A stretch of DNA of 63,744 nucleotides. Origin: Candidatus Aenigmatarchaeota archaeon. GTDB taxonomy: Archaea > Aenigmatarchaeota > Aenigmatarchaeia > PWEA01. The translations under genes and the position numbers were made by a program. The stretch covers positions 1-63,744 of the forward strand of contig PWEA01000035.1 in assembly GCA_003553905.1 (NCBI GenBank), read 5' to 3'. The notes below the pieces were generated by a model. The model worked only from the letters and a program-made list of their open reading frames with translations, made no database searches and had not been told where the DNA came from. Below are positions 38,639 to 48,605 of the stretch, piece after piece; position 1 is the stretch's first letter; every line of letters starts with the position of its first letter.

Positions 38639-40408
38639 CTATGAATATAAAACCTCTATAACGTCTGTCGTCTCCATCTTGTATATATAGCTCATATCCA
38701 CCCTCAGATCCCTGGTCTCTGTTATTTCAGTTGGCTCATTTACATCAATCGTACAGCTCATTGTAAGGCTATCGTACTCACTTCCCCGGGGCTGAAGTCC
38801 GAACCACCCGAGATCATCAAACTTATCATCATATTTCTTGGCAAAATCACATTCATCAAGTCCTTCAAGCCATTCATCATCGGACGTAGTTATGCTTATA
38901 TCCTCCAACGACTTCATCTGTCCGTCGTCCTGGTTCCTGAGCGTAAGAATCAACGGTATCGACTCGCCTCCTCTTATCGGCTGCTGCCGCGAGGCCGCCA
39001 TTCCTATCTCAACGGGACCCCATTCAAATCTTGATATAGGCTGATGGAACTCAAGATCACCTCTCTCTGATAGTTCCATAAACCTAGAGCTATCTATGAT
39101 CTCTACTTCAAGTAGAGAGCTTGTATTAACCACATAGTTCGCGTCTATGCCGTACCTCAACTGATCGCCTGGCTGGACCTGGCCCCTCCACAACAAATCA
39201 AGGACATCCAGGTCGTCTGCAAGGTCATCGAGATCTTCTCTTCTCAACAGCCTTCTCATCGAATTCTCTGCTACATCTATCGAAACTCTTGGAATTTCTC
39301 TTTCATCCAGATCATCGATTATATCATCAAGGGCTCCCCCGGTCTCGGATGCAACGGAATCAGCCAAGCCGGAATCTACTTCACCTATTACTTCTTTGAT
39401 CGTGTCAGTAACAACATCAATTTTATCCTTTTTATCCTCAGCTTCGTCAATCCTATCATCGATCTCGTTCTCCATTCTCCTCACGCGATCACTTCCTATA
39501 ATACTACTCAAAACATCTTCGGCCTCATCCAACCAGAGAGGCACTAGATGGTACGGATCGTTGAAGTGTTCTCTCGAAAACTCAACCTGATACTGATGCA
39601 TAACACCAGGATTGAGACTTTCTATATGACAAGGGTAGTCGTCAGTGACGTCGTCAGTGTCGTCACAGTGGGGACCAACTATGTTTCCTCCCGTGGCAGC
39701 GATGTCTGCATCGGGCCTACCTATGAACTCCACATCCTTTGGCTTCATTCTTAGTTCACGGATAACAGGAGGATTGATATAATCGTCGTGTGACAGTCTA
39801 TTTTCTATTTCAAACGTCGAGCTAAACACAGTACTGTCCTCATCCATTTCTGCTACATTACCGACACGACCCAATCCTATAGGATCTGGCCTAGAAAGTC
39901 TAAGGGCCTGATATTCCTTCTCAACTTCGCCCCTGGCGTCAAACATATCATAACATTCCATAGGAGAAGAAAGACATGTCCATCCTCTACCGAGGCTCTC
40001 CTGCATACTGGTAAAGCCTTCCATGGCAGGACTTGCCGCCTGTCCTATCTCCTCTGCTCTGGCTCTGACAGTAGGCCACCATTCACCGAAAACTGCTGTG
40101 CCCATTATATCAGGATAACTTGCAGTAAGTGACATTAGAGCAATGGCCACAACAAAAACACCGAAAACGCCCTTTGCCTGTGGAACCAGAATAGCAATCA
40201 TCAAACCTGTTGTAATAATCGAAACAAAAAGTATCATTGCTATAGGATTATCCCAGAGAGCAACAATACCCAAAATCATCGCTATAGTTCCAAAAAGAGC
40301 GGGTACAATAGACCGAATACTTGTGTGCTTACCGACCTTCCATAGAGCATATCCAGATATAGAAAGAAGGACGACTACTATTATCGCTCTCATAACTGTA
40401 CCTAACAT
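38639..40408 (-). CDS. Membrane protein with about 4 N-terminal TMs and a C-terminal domain related to the adjacent lipoproteins
   Basis: Hydrophobic N-terminus; GPVEI...QQPI...LRNQDDG...SC...SYIY motifs. Confidence 0.75.
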   Translation of the reverse strand: MLGTVMRAIIVVVLLSISGYALWKVGKHTSIRSIVPALFGTIAMILGIVALWDNPIAMILFVSIITTGLMIAILVPQAKGVFGVFVVAIALMSLTASYPDIMGTAVFGEWWPTVRARAEEIGQAASPAMEGFTSMQESLGRGWTCLSSPMECYDMFDARGEVEKEYQALRLSRPDPIGLGRVGNVAEMDEDSTVFSSTFEIENRLSHDDYINPPVIRELRMKPKDVEFIGRPDADIAATGGNIVGPHCDDTDDVTDDYPCHIESLNPGVMHQYQVEFSREHFNDPYHLVPLWLDEAEDVLSSIIGSDRVRRMENEIDDRIDEAEDKKDKIDVVTDTIKEVIGEVDSGLADSVASETGGALDDIIDDLDEREIPRVSIDVAENSMRRLLRREDLDDLADDLDVLDLLWRGQVQPGDQLRYGIDANYVVNTSSLLEVEIIDSSRFMELSERGDLEFHQPISRFEWGPVEIGMAASRQQPIRGGESIPLILTLRNQDDGQMKSLEDISITTSDDEWLEGLDECDFAKKYDDKFDDLGWFGLQPRGSEYDSLTMSCTIDVNEPTEITETRDLRVDMSYIYKMETTDVIEVLYS

Positions 40409-40411
40409 CTT

Positions 40412-43400
40412 CTAATCACCATCACCTTTATCATCACCCTGCGATGCCTGCGATGCAGCAACATTTGCTGCCATACCTGCTTCTGAAGCACCACCAGTAG
40501 CATAAGCCATTGCAGCTCGTTGAGCCATCTGTTTAGTTTGTTCTTTTTTATCCGATTTTTCATCTTTTTCTTCTTCCTTACTTTCCTCCTCTTCAAATTC
40601 TTCTATAAGAAAATCAGGAACTACCAGGAAGAATGCAAGTACAAGGCAGACTGTAATAGCACCAAGCATAGGCTCCGAAAATACGGACCTGAATGTCCAA
40701 AGAAACATCACTCCAACGGACAATGAAAAAAACATCCTTATAGTTTCACTAACTCTTCTAAATTCTGCATCCTTCTTACCAGAAGAAAGTGTCCCTGTAA
40801 AAGAGATTATTCCAAAGGAACCAATCAAAAGAGGTATTAGGTTAAAAATAGGCCTATTACCCACGAACAGCTGAACACCTATCATAAGAAAGATAAATCC
40901 CATGGCTCTAAATATAGGACGTACATTTCTATATGGCTCCTTCATCGGTAAAAACTTTCTTGTTGTTAGCAAAATCAGTGCAACGATTATAAAACCTGTT
41001 GCGTATGGACTAAAACCAAGGAATGGTAAAATTATAGCTGCTAAAACAGGAATAAATACGGAAGTAGCCAATGTAGTTGCACTTCCAGGAAGCATTTCAC
41101 TACCAACAAGGCCTTCCTTTTCCTGATCAGTCCTACACTCATCGCAGATGTAGCCGCCCGTTGGAAGAGGCTTCCAGTCATCGTTATATTCTTTTAGAGG
41201 CTTTCCACACTTTACACATCCGGCTTCGCCTTCTTCGTCCTCATCGTCATCTTCTGGAGGACCGGGATCGGGTGGTGGTGGATCAGGATAATCATGATCC
41301 TCATCGCCGGGTTCGTTATCGTCGGGGATTTCTTTGTCGGTTGACTGTTCATCGTCGGGGTCGGGATAATCAATACCCTCTTCGGGTTCGTTATCGTCGG
41401 GGATTTCGTCGTCAGTAGTATTCTCCCAGTCTGGCTTTTCGTCATCGTCGTCGCGATCTTTCTTCTTTTTGATCATTTCTAACTCAATATCCGTGTTACC
41501 GGTCAATCTAACCTGTATACCTCTTTTATTTTTTATTTCGTATGTGAAACCCGATTCCGCAGCATAAGAAGACTTATCTTTATCAATCAAGAGGATGCCC
41601 TCACCAAAGCCCACTGCCTCGGATTTTGGAATCTCTATCCAGAAGGTTCCATTTGGACCTGTGGGTTCCGAAAAATAATTCTTTTTGCCTGCGTCCAATC
41701 TTACAACTGCGCCTTCGACATACTCCACGGGTTCACCGCCACTCAAAGCCACGACACTACCTGTGAGGTTGATAAATTGATCAGAGTCTGAATTCCCTCC
41801 CTCGCCAACCCATACCAATTTTAGTTGATAATCACTTGCATGGGCTTCATGAAGCATTATTCTTCTCTCCTTGGGATACCTTCTCCAGTGTCCTTTTCCT
41901 GAACTACTGTAAGAATTCTTCTTGACTTTTATTGTACCTTCTGTCACGCCTCCGTCTGCCTTAGGAACCTCAATCCAAAAAGCTCCATTTGGACCTGTGG
42001 GTTCTGACTCATACTTTTCTCCATCGACTTCTGCAACAACAACTGCACCCTCAAAGGGTTCATCAAGTTCACCTTCCACTGATGAAAAAACGTTACCCGT
42101 GATGTTCACTATATCGTCATCAACTCTCTCAGAACCAGAAGATCGGTGGGTTGATTCTGTATCCGTTCCCTCGGAACCAGAAGGGGACTGAGTCTGTCTC
42201 ACAGTGTCCTGGTTTTTATTACCTTTGTTCTGTTCAGAGCTTGGGCCGTGGCCTCTCTTCTTCTTTTTGATCATTTCTAACTGAACATCTGTATCGCCAG
42301 TCAGTTTAACAGGTATGCCCCTTGTATCTGTTCTTGCATATGTAAAACCCGGATCCGTGACATAAGAAGACTCGTCTTTATCAATCAAGAGGATGCCCTC
42401 ACTAAGACCTTCTACTTCAGACTTTGGAATCTGGATCCAGAAGGCTCCATTTGGACCTGTTGGTTCCGAAATATAATCCATCTTAGTTGTTTCCAATCTT
42501 ACAACTGCGCCTTCGACCATTTCCTCAGTGTCACCGCCACTTAGCGCAACAACATTACCCGTGAGGTTTATGAATTCATCAGAATTCGAACCAGCATCGC
42601 CATCTGCATCTACACCGGGTCCGGAACCTTCCAAACTATCTACATAATCATCCTCACCCTGTTCTCTCAACATTTCTTTAAGAAGTTCGGGTTGCTCGGC
42701 CGGTGACTTCAACTTTCCTTCGGATTTATACTTTTCGGGAATCTCTTCGCCCCTTTGGTGCATCTTCAATAGTCTTTTTATTTCATCGGGACTGGTGCTC
42801 TGATCAATGGCTTGATGAGCTGTCTCCTTTGCCTCTTCGACTTCCTCCAAAACTTTATCCCTATCCTCTTCAGCATCACTAACAACACCGCCTTCTAGTT
42901 TTCCTTCCGTTTTCTCTAGAACCTCATTTTTTATTTTTTCCTTTTCTTCTGGGTCCGTAATTTCCTTTCCATTCCTTACATAAGTAGCCGAATCACTGCT
43001 TAGAACATTGTCCGTTATTTTCTTCGCTTTCTTGGACGCTTTCTTCTGAGCAAACTTATTAAGATAGAACTCTACTTCTTCTACTGTTTTCATATCCGTT
43101 GTATCAATACCAAGCTTTTCCTCGAACTTTCTCCTCTTCTCCTTGGGATCATTAATTTTATTGCCTTCCTTGTCCCATGCTTCGAGTCTGTCGCTTTCAA
43201 ACGGATCAGAACCCCTGTCACTGGCTTCCATCATCTCCGGATCCTTGAGGTTGTCTCTGGCCCTGGATATACCTACATCTTTATTCCTCTGAACCCTACT
43301 ATTCGTTTCCTGGCTGTATATCTTATCCGCCGCGTATTCCACATATTCTGGGTTAGCTTCTTGGAACAACTTCACGGTTTTGTTTACAGCTACTTCCTTG

Positions 43401-43474
43401 GTGTGACCCATCTTCATGTGGTTAGAAATGGCCTGCTTTATTCTCCTTTTGAGCTCATCGGTCAAAGTTTTCAC
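40412..43474 (-). CDS. Large acidic protein with three internal beta repeats, a Pro/Asp-rich linker, a Zn finger and a C-terminal multi-TM domain
   Basis: Three copies of N.TG.V...EGAVV...SEPTGPNG.FWI; CVKC...CDEC; about 6 TMs. Confidence 0.8.
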   Translation of the reverse strand: MKTLTDELKRRIKQAISNHMKMGHTKEVAVNKTVKLFQEANPEYVEYAADKIYSQETNSRVQRNKDVGISRARDNLKDPEMMEASDRGSDPFESDRLEAWDKEGNKINDPKEKRRKFEEKLGIDTTDMKTVEEVEFYLNKFAQKKASKKAKKITDNVLSSDSATYVRNGKEITDPEEKEKIKNEVLEKTEGKLEGGVVSDAEEDRDKVLEEVEEAKETAHQAIDQSTSPDEIKRLLKMHQRGEEIPEKYKSEGKLKSPAEQPELLKEMLREQGEDDYVDSLEGSGPGVDADGDAGSNSDEFINLTGNVVALSGGDTEEMVEGAVVRLETTKMDYISEPTGPNGAFWIQIPKSEVEGLSEGILLIDKDESSYVTDPGFTYARTDTRGIPVKLTGDTDVQLEMIKKKKRGHGPSSEQNKGNKNQDTVRQTQSPSGSEGTDTESTHRSSGSERVDDDIVNITGNVFSSVEGELDEPFEGAVVVAEVDGEKYESEPTGPNGAFWIEVPKADGGVTEGTIKVKKNSYSSSGKGHWRRYPKERRIMLHEAHASDYQLKLVWVGEGGNSDSDQFINLTGSVVALSGGEPVEYVEGAVVRLDAGKKNYFSEPTGPNGTFWIEIPKSEAVGFGEGILLIDKDKSSYAAESGFTYEIKNKRGIQVRLTGNTDIELEMIKKKKDRDDDDEKPDWENTTDDEIPDDNEPEEGIDYPDPDDEQSTDKEIPDDNEPGDEDHDYPDPPPPDPGPPEDDDEDEEGEAGCVKCGKPLKEYNDDWKPLPTGGYICDECRTDQEKEGLVGSEMLPGSATTLATSVFIPVLAAIILPFLGFSPYATGFIIVALILLTTRKFLPMKEPYRNVRPIFRAMGFIFLMIGVQLFVGNRPIFNLIPLLIGSFGIISFTGTLSSGKKDAEFRRVSETIRMFFSLSVGVMFLWTFRSVFSEPMLGAITVCLVLAFFLVVPDFLIEEFEEEESKEEEKDEKSDKKEQTKQMAQRAAMAYATGGASEAGMAANVAASQASQGDDKGDGD
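41460..42580 (-). repeat. Three ~105-aa intragenic repeats; copies at ~42260-42580 and ~41460-41780 are similar at DNA level
   Basis: Shared DNA blocks such as CCATTTGGACCTGT, CCAATCTTACAACTGCGCCTTCGAC and TTTATCAATCAAGAGGATGCCCTCAC. Confidence 0.85.
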
Positions 43475-43636
43475 CTTAGTTCCATGGAATCTCGATAAGA
43501 GCGTTAAATATGCTCTTCCAACTAAGAAACATTTTGTAGCCCTTATTAAAATAATTTGCCCCGGTCCTCTTTTTTCTGATGTGTTTCTTTGATTTTACTA
43601 TAATAATTTTTTATAACTGATAAATCCATTATTAAC

Positions 43637-45622
43637 ATGCCAAACCGCGTCAAAGTATCTTCAGAGAAGGATATGAGTAAATTAAAAGAAAGGTGCGGCG
43701 CAAAGTTCGAGAATGTTCTAAAGCTTCTAGGGAGTAAAGACAAGCAAAAAATAAAGGACGGGAAGGTGGACTTCTATTATGATTTCAGGTCGCTTGTGCC
43801 TCCTTCGCCCGAGGAAGTCATAGGTTTTCTTTATAATCAGAAGGAAAAACTGATCGTTGCAACCCCCAAAAGACTCTACACCATAAAACCGAAGGATTTA
43901 AAGAGCCCGAAGCTCTTCGCTGGGTCACTTGCAAAGGAAATAAGGAAAAGGAATATGCACGAAGGCGTGAAACAGTACGGAAGCTTTGATGATATGATGG
44001 GTGGGTGGCTCGGTGAAATAGAGAGATCGAATTCTCTTATGTTGTTCATGAGGGAAATACCGGACATCGGAAGAACCAGACCCAGAAGAACAGAGGCGAG
44101 GCCTTCAGAACCGTCTGACAAGGAAGAGCTCAAGAAGTATGAGGGGAAAACCTCTAAGAAGAGGCCGTTGGTAGATCTTCAAAAAACAAGTTCAAAAACT
44201 GCGTCAGAGGTTTATTACCATGGAGACCAGGAAAGGGGCTTAAGGATTGTTGGAGAAGGTAAAAGGCTTGAACATAAAAAAGAGCTTCAACCAGGATTTG
44301 AAAAAAGAAATCTAGATGGAATCTGGTTCAATATTTCCCCGGAAGTGAACGAAGTTCTCTATCATGTGTATGGCAAAGACGGTACAGAACCTCTTTTCAG
44401 AATTTTAAAGGAAACAGAAGTTTGGGAAAACTTTGCACAACTTGCGAAAAAAAGAGGACTTGAAGAAATAAATGTCGAACCAACATATAAATCACCAGGA
44501 ACATCTTCTACGGGTGGTGGACAGGGCTCACATATACTCACAAAACAGGCAAAGGAAATTTCTCAAGGTCAAAGACGCGAGGCGGATTTGTTCTATAATA
44601 CAACCAATCAAGAAATCATTGAATCGGATGAAAAGAGCTTGGCTGGTAAAGCAGGAGAGCCAGCAGAAATAATAATACATGAAATATCACATCTTGTAAC
44701 AAAAATCGAGGAGTTTGAAAAGGACAGGACTGCAACAAGAACAGCATCAAGATTCGGAGATGCCTATAGATGCTACTACTGCGGCGAGGAATTTGCATTT
44801 TATAATGATTTTATAGAACACGCAGAAAATGAACATGAAGGTATAGAAGCTGAGAGCATACTGAAAAACGACAGCAGAAGAAGAAACATGATGAACAATG
44901 CCGAAGAATACATTGCAGATATGGGATACCTAATTAAGAATCTTCGTTATTCGTACACAAGGTTTTGGGAAAATGCATACGAAGAAGGGATATCAGTACT
45001 ACAGGAAAAGGGTATAGAAAATTTGGATATGTCCAAAGCATCGCGATTAATGAACAAAGATCTAAGAAGGGGCTTTGAAAAAGATGTAGAATCACTAAAC
45101 ACTGCATTATCTAACACAGAAGAAGTAATCGATATGCTGTTAGAAGAAGTTGACGATGGGATGACACCAGATAGGCTCAATGAATACAATCAAATACTTA
45201 AAAAGTTCATAGATATTTTAGTTGGCACAAAAGAAAAGCGAGGAAGATTCCAAAGCAGAGCTATTTACACTATAGGTTTTGTAGCCATGACAGCTTATAT
45301 TGCTATCACGAATGCCAATCTCAGAGATGTAATGGACATGGGGGCACGTACCTTTTGGAAAGATTTTAGAATAAAATGGGAAAGAATGGAGAATAGCTCT
45401 GAAATGGATTTAGGTCGTTTTCTCAGTAAAGAACGGAGTCACGATGTGTTCTATAGAGTCGATGAAATTTACAAAGTTTATCTCACAGGTGTCGAAACCA
45501 TAAGAAAGGCAGAGAAAGTACGTAAAAAATACCAAAGAAAGATGCCATGTCCTAAATGCAATAGACTTTGTGATGAAAACTGGAAAGTATGTGTGTATTG
45601 TGGTGAAAAGATAATAAGATAA
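43637..45622 (+). CDS. Hypothetical protein with HExxH motif, C2H2 zinc finger and C-terminal double zinc ribbon
   Basis: IIIHEISH; CYYCGEEF..YNDFIEHAENEH; CPKC...CVYCG. Confidence 0.7.
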   Translation: MPNRVKVSSEKDMSKLKERCGAKFENVLKLLGSKDKQKIKDGKVDFYYDFRSLVPPSPEEVIGFLYNQKEKLIVATPKRLYTIKPKDLKSPKLFAGSLAKEIRKRNMHEGVKQYGSFDDMMGGWLGEIERSNSLMLFMREIPDIGRTRPRRTEARPSEPSDKEELKKYEGKTSKKRPLVDLQKTSSKTASEVYYHGDQERGLRIVGEGKRLEHKKELQPGFEKRNLDGIWFNISPEVNEVLYHVYGKDGTEPLFRILKETEVWENFAQLAKKRGLEEINVEPTYKSPGTSSTGGGQGSHILTKQAKEISQGQRREADLFYNTTNQEIIESDEKSLAGKAGEPAEIIIHEISHLVTKIEEFEKDRTATRTASRFGDAYRCYYCGEEFAFYNDFIEHAENEHEGIEAESILKNDSRRRNMMNNAEEYIADMGYLIKNLRYSYTRFWENAYEEGISVLQEKGIENLDMSKASRLMNKDLRRGFEKDVESLNTALSNTEEVIDMLLEEVDDGMTPDRLNEYNQILKKFIDILVGTKEKRGRFQSRAIYTIGFVAMTAYIAITNANLRDVMDMGARTFWKDFRIKWERMENSSEMDLGRFLSKERSHDVFYRVDEIYKVYLTGVETIRKAEKVRKKYQRKMPCPKCNRLCDENWKVCVYCGEKIIR

Positions 45623-45692
45623 TCATCCCCGTGAACACAGCATATTGAACATTGCACAGGCTACCTGCTAATAGTTTTTTCAACCTTTGTTT

Positions 45693-46217
45693 CTAAGGCT
45701 TGTACTCGTCCTTTCTCTTGAGCTTAGCACTGTTAATGCCGCTAAAGTACTCGTCCACGGCCCTATCGTCCTTGTTTTCTATTGATTCAATCTTTCCTTC
45801 CAATCTCTCGTCCAGCTTCTTTTCAATTATTGAATCGCCACCTGACATTTCATCCCTGAGCTCAGCCTTCCTTCTTTCGGCCCATTCTCCATAATCCTCG
45901 CGCCGGACCTGATCTTCCATTGGTTTGTTAGGGTCGTATCCCCTGTTCTTCTTCTCTTCCTTCAGATCGTCTTCCACAGGAATAAAACCAAGAATCTTAC
46001 TTGTTATACTTGATCTTGGTTTGTTGATACCCGCCTGATTTTTGTCACTATAAAGAGATTTCTCGGCGTCTATTATATCTTCTTCGTTTGCTAGCGGTCC
46101 AGTCCCGTTGGTTACAGCATCAATGGTTTCTCCTGCATCCATGGCGTCCCAGTAACCAATCTTCTTTTTTATCTTATCGAAACCAAGTTCCACAAGAGGA
46201 CCTTTTTTATTAGACAT
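45693..46217 (-). CDS. Hypothetical protein
   Basis: 174 aa ORF with SD GGGGTGA and upstream TTTAAATA. Confidence 0.65.
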   Translation of the reverse strand: MSNKKGPLVELGFDKIKKKIGYWDAMDAGETIDAVTNGTGPLANEEDIIDAEKSLYSDKNQAGINKPRSSITSKILGFIPVEDDLKEEKKNRGYDPNKPMEDQVRREDYGEWAERRKAELRDEMSGGDSIIEKKLDERLEGKIESIENKDDRAVDEYFSGINSAKLKRKDEYKP

Positions 46218-46326
46218 TTATTTCACCCCAAAGTAAACTTTGTTCTAGAGGTATTTAAACTTTTGCTTTTTTAACTACGATTTAGTAAAAACAAAATAAA
46301 CTTAGTCAACTGTACATCCGAAACCA

Positions 46327-47523
46327 TCAAAAGGCTACGTTGAAATCAGAAAGATAAAATCCTCCTTCGCCGACAACAACAAATTCCAGTTTGTTTTCAC
46401 CGATTGCGACATCTTCCTCTTCTAGGGATACCACCACAGTTTTACCTTCCTTCAAAACCTCTTGTATAAGTACCCTATTCTTTTCTCCTTCGGCCGTTGT
46501 GATATCCATGTGAAGGTACTCGGGGGTTCCTTCTATCCTATCTATATGGAAGCTTATCTCCCCTGGTAACCTGTTATAATCAACCGAACTGACCTCTATA
46601 GTCTTTATTGGTCTCCTGATGTCTTCTGTCTCCCAGAAGTACACCATTTTAGCCGAGTTGAAGCTATATAACGAATCGACTTCGGTGAACAAAGTCAAAG
46701 TATTTTCCCCTTCGTACATAGGGATATCCTCGAAGTCTATCCACATAGATCTTCTGTCCGGCACAGCCGAAGTCTGTCTATAGACATCCCTCCCATTGGC
46801 CTGGATAACAAGCGGGCTTTGAGCATCGAACTCCCTGGGATCTAGAACAAGTCTACCCATCAAAAAGTTGTCTGCCTGGTCTCTGTCCAGAGAAAATGAG
46901 AATGTTCTGTCCTTCCTTTCAAGAATATCTGCCTTTATTCGGAAATCCTCCAGTATGTACACAGTCGGAGCCCAGAATCTCCAGCCGGAGGATCCTGCAG
47001 AAATCTCCATCATGTTGTTTTGCTCAAGCAAAGACTGGTTTATATCAAAGCTGTAGGATCTTCCACCGTCGGGGTAGCCAGAATATATCTCCTCGTCGTT
47101 TAGAACTATATACATCTCATCAAGATGGTTTGTATCGTGCACGTAGAAATCCATCTCCATGGATGTCATCTTATCCAGCTGGTCTTTGGTTAGATCAAAC
47201 TCTATATACTGTGGCTCGTTGGAGAAGATGCCGCGTTTTATCTCGGTTCTATTAATATCGCCTATAATCCTCTCTTCGTCACGAAACGTGATATCGAACT
47301 GTTTATCCGTAAGACCCACGTGCTTGTAGTCTGTGCCTTCTATCCACCCAACGAAGAACTGATCATCAGGATACTCGACCGCGGGGGGTTCATCCGGATC
47401 CTCGTCATCAACAGGAAACCTGTCTCTATCCGGTCTTGTATCAAAGTCTACCTCACCGCCGAAGATAGCAAGTAGAACTCCGAATAGAACAATAGCAACA
47501 ATCAAAACCTTTGCGAACTCCAT
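46327..47523 (-). CDS. Secreted or membrane-anchored acidic beta-rich protein
   Basis: N-terminal hydrophobic anchor; SSGWRFWAP.VY motif. Confidence 0.75.
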   Translation of the reverse strand: MEFAKVLIVAIVLFGVLLAIFGGEVDFDTRPDRDRFPVDDEDPDEPPAVEYPDDQFFVGWIEGTDYKHVGLTDKQFDITFRDEERIIGDINRTEIKRGIFSNEPQYIEFDLTKDQLDKMTSMEMDFYVHDTNHLDEMYIVLNDEEIYSGYPDGGRSYSFDINQSLLEQNNMMEISAGSSGWRFWAPTVYILEDFRIKADILERKDRTFSFSLDRDQADNFLMGRLVLDPREFDAQSPLVIQANGRDVYRQTSAVPDRRSMWIDFEDIPMYEGENTLTLFTEVDSLYSFNSAKMVYFWETEDIRRPIKTIEVSSVDYNRLPGEISFHIDRIEGTPEYLHMDITTAEGEKNRVLIQEVLKEGKTVVVSLEEEDVAIGENKLEFVVVGEGGFYLSDFNVAF

Positions 47524-47579
47524 CTTATCACTTATATTAATTAACCGACTATTAAAATATTTATATGTAGGTGTAACCT

Positions 47580-48605
47580 TTGAAAATTCTCCATAGAGAC
47601 AAGAAAGATGGTGTGCTTAAGCTTAAACTGGAGAATCCCAACGATATATGGGAACTAGAGAATGTACTGAAGGAAGGTGATTTTATAGGCGCGAAGACTC
47701 TCCGAAGGAAGATGATCCAAAGAAAGGATGGCCAGGAAAAGGGTGAAAAGAGGCCAGTATACTTGACGATAGAACTTGAAAAAATAAAGTTCCACGAACA
47801 CACGGGGAACCTACGTCTTACAGGACCAATCGTAGGCGGGCCTGATGATGTAGACATGGACAGCTATCATACTATAAAGGCGGAGCCGGGCAAGGTTCTT
47901 TCGGTTACAAAAAAGGACGGATGGAAACAATGGGAACTGGAAACCATAAAAAGAGCCTACAGAAAGCCTCCAAAGGTTCTCGTTTGTGTACTTGACAGAA
48001 ACAGCGCAACAATAGCAAAGGTGGAAAGTAGTGTTGAAATCATATCGAAAATAGATTCGGGAATATCAGGAAAACAGTACGAAGCGGAGTACAAAGACAG
48101 ATACATTGGAGATATACTTTCCACAATGAAGAGGAAGGCAGATGATTATGAAAAAATAATAATTGCAGGTCCTGGTTTCATGAAGGAAGAGCTCATGTCC
48201 AGAATAGAGGATGGGGATCTGGAAGATAAGGTGGTCAAAGACAGTATTTCCCAAACAGGTGAAACAGGAATACAGGAAGTCATAAAAAGAGGTACCGTAG
48301 AAAGGATTGCAAGGAATTCAAGGATCTCGGAGGAGACAGGTAAGATAGAAGAGGTTTTTGAGGAACTTTCGAAAAACACGGGCAAGGTAGCATATGGTAA
48401 GGACGAGGTGAAAAGGGCAGTGGAACTGGGAGCAGTAAAAAGGGCAGTGGTTTCTAAAAAATTCATAAAGAGCAATCAGGAGCTAATAGAAAAAATCGAG
48501 GAAAGGGGAGGAGAGGTAACAATATGTTCAGAAAGACACGAATCAGGTGAAAAGCTCGGTGGCATTGGTGGCATAGCAGCGATATTAAGATATAAAATAG
48601 ACTAG
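47580..48605 (+). CDS. pelA: mRNA surveillance protein pelota
   Basis: DIWEL..V...GD, LRLTG.I..GP, YHT, IAGPGF.K and GGIAAILRY motifs. Confidence 0.96.
   Translation: MKILHRDKKDGVLKLKLENPNDIWELENVLKEGDFIGAKTLRRKMIQRKDGQEKGEKRPVYLTIELEKIKFHEHTGNLRLTGPIVGGPDDVDMDSYHTIKAEPGKVLSVTKKDGWKQWELETIKRAYRKPPKVLVCVLDRNSATIAKVESSVEIISKIDSGISGKQYEAEYKDRYIGDILSTMKRKADDYEKIIIAGPGFMKEELMSRIEDGDLEDKVVKDSISQTGETGIQEVIKRGTVERIARNSRISEETGKIEEVFEELSKNTGKVAYGKDEVKRAVELGAVKRAVVSKKFIKSNQELIEKIEERGGEVTICSERHESGEKLGGIGGIAAILRYKID

Noticed and set aside
45625..45690. Weak box C/D-like pattern (GTGAAC...TTGA...CTGC)
   Set aside because: Boxes are too degenerate and no target was identified; probably a convergent terminator region
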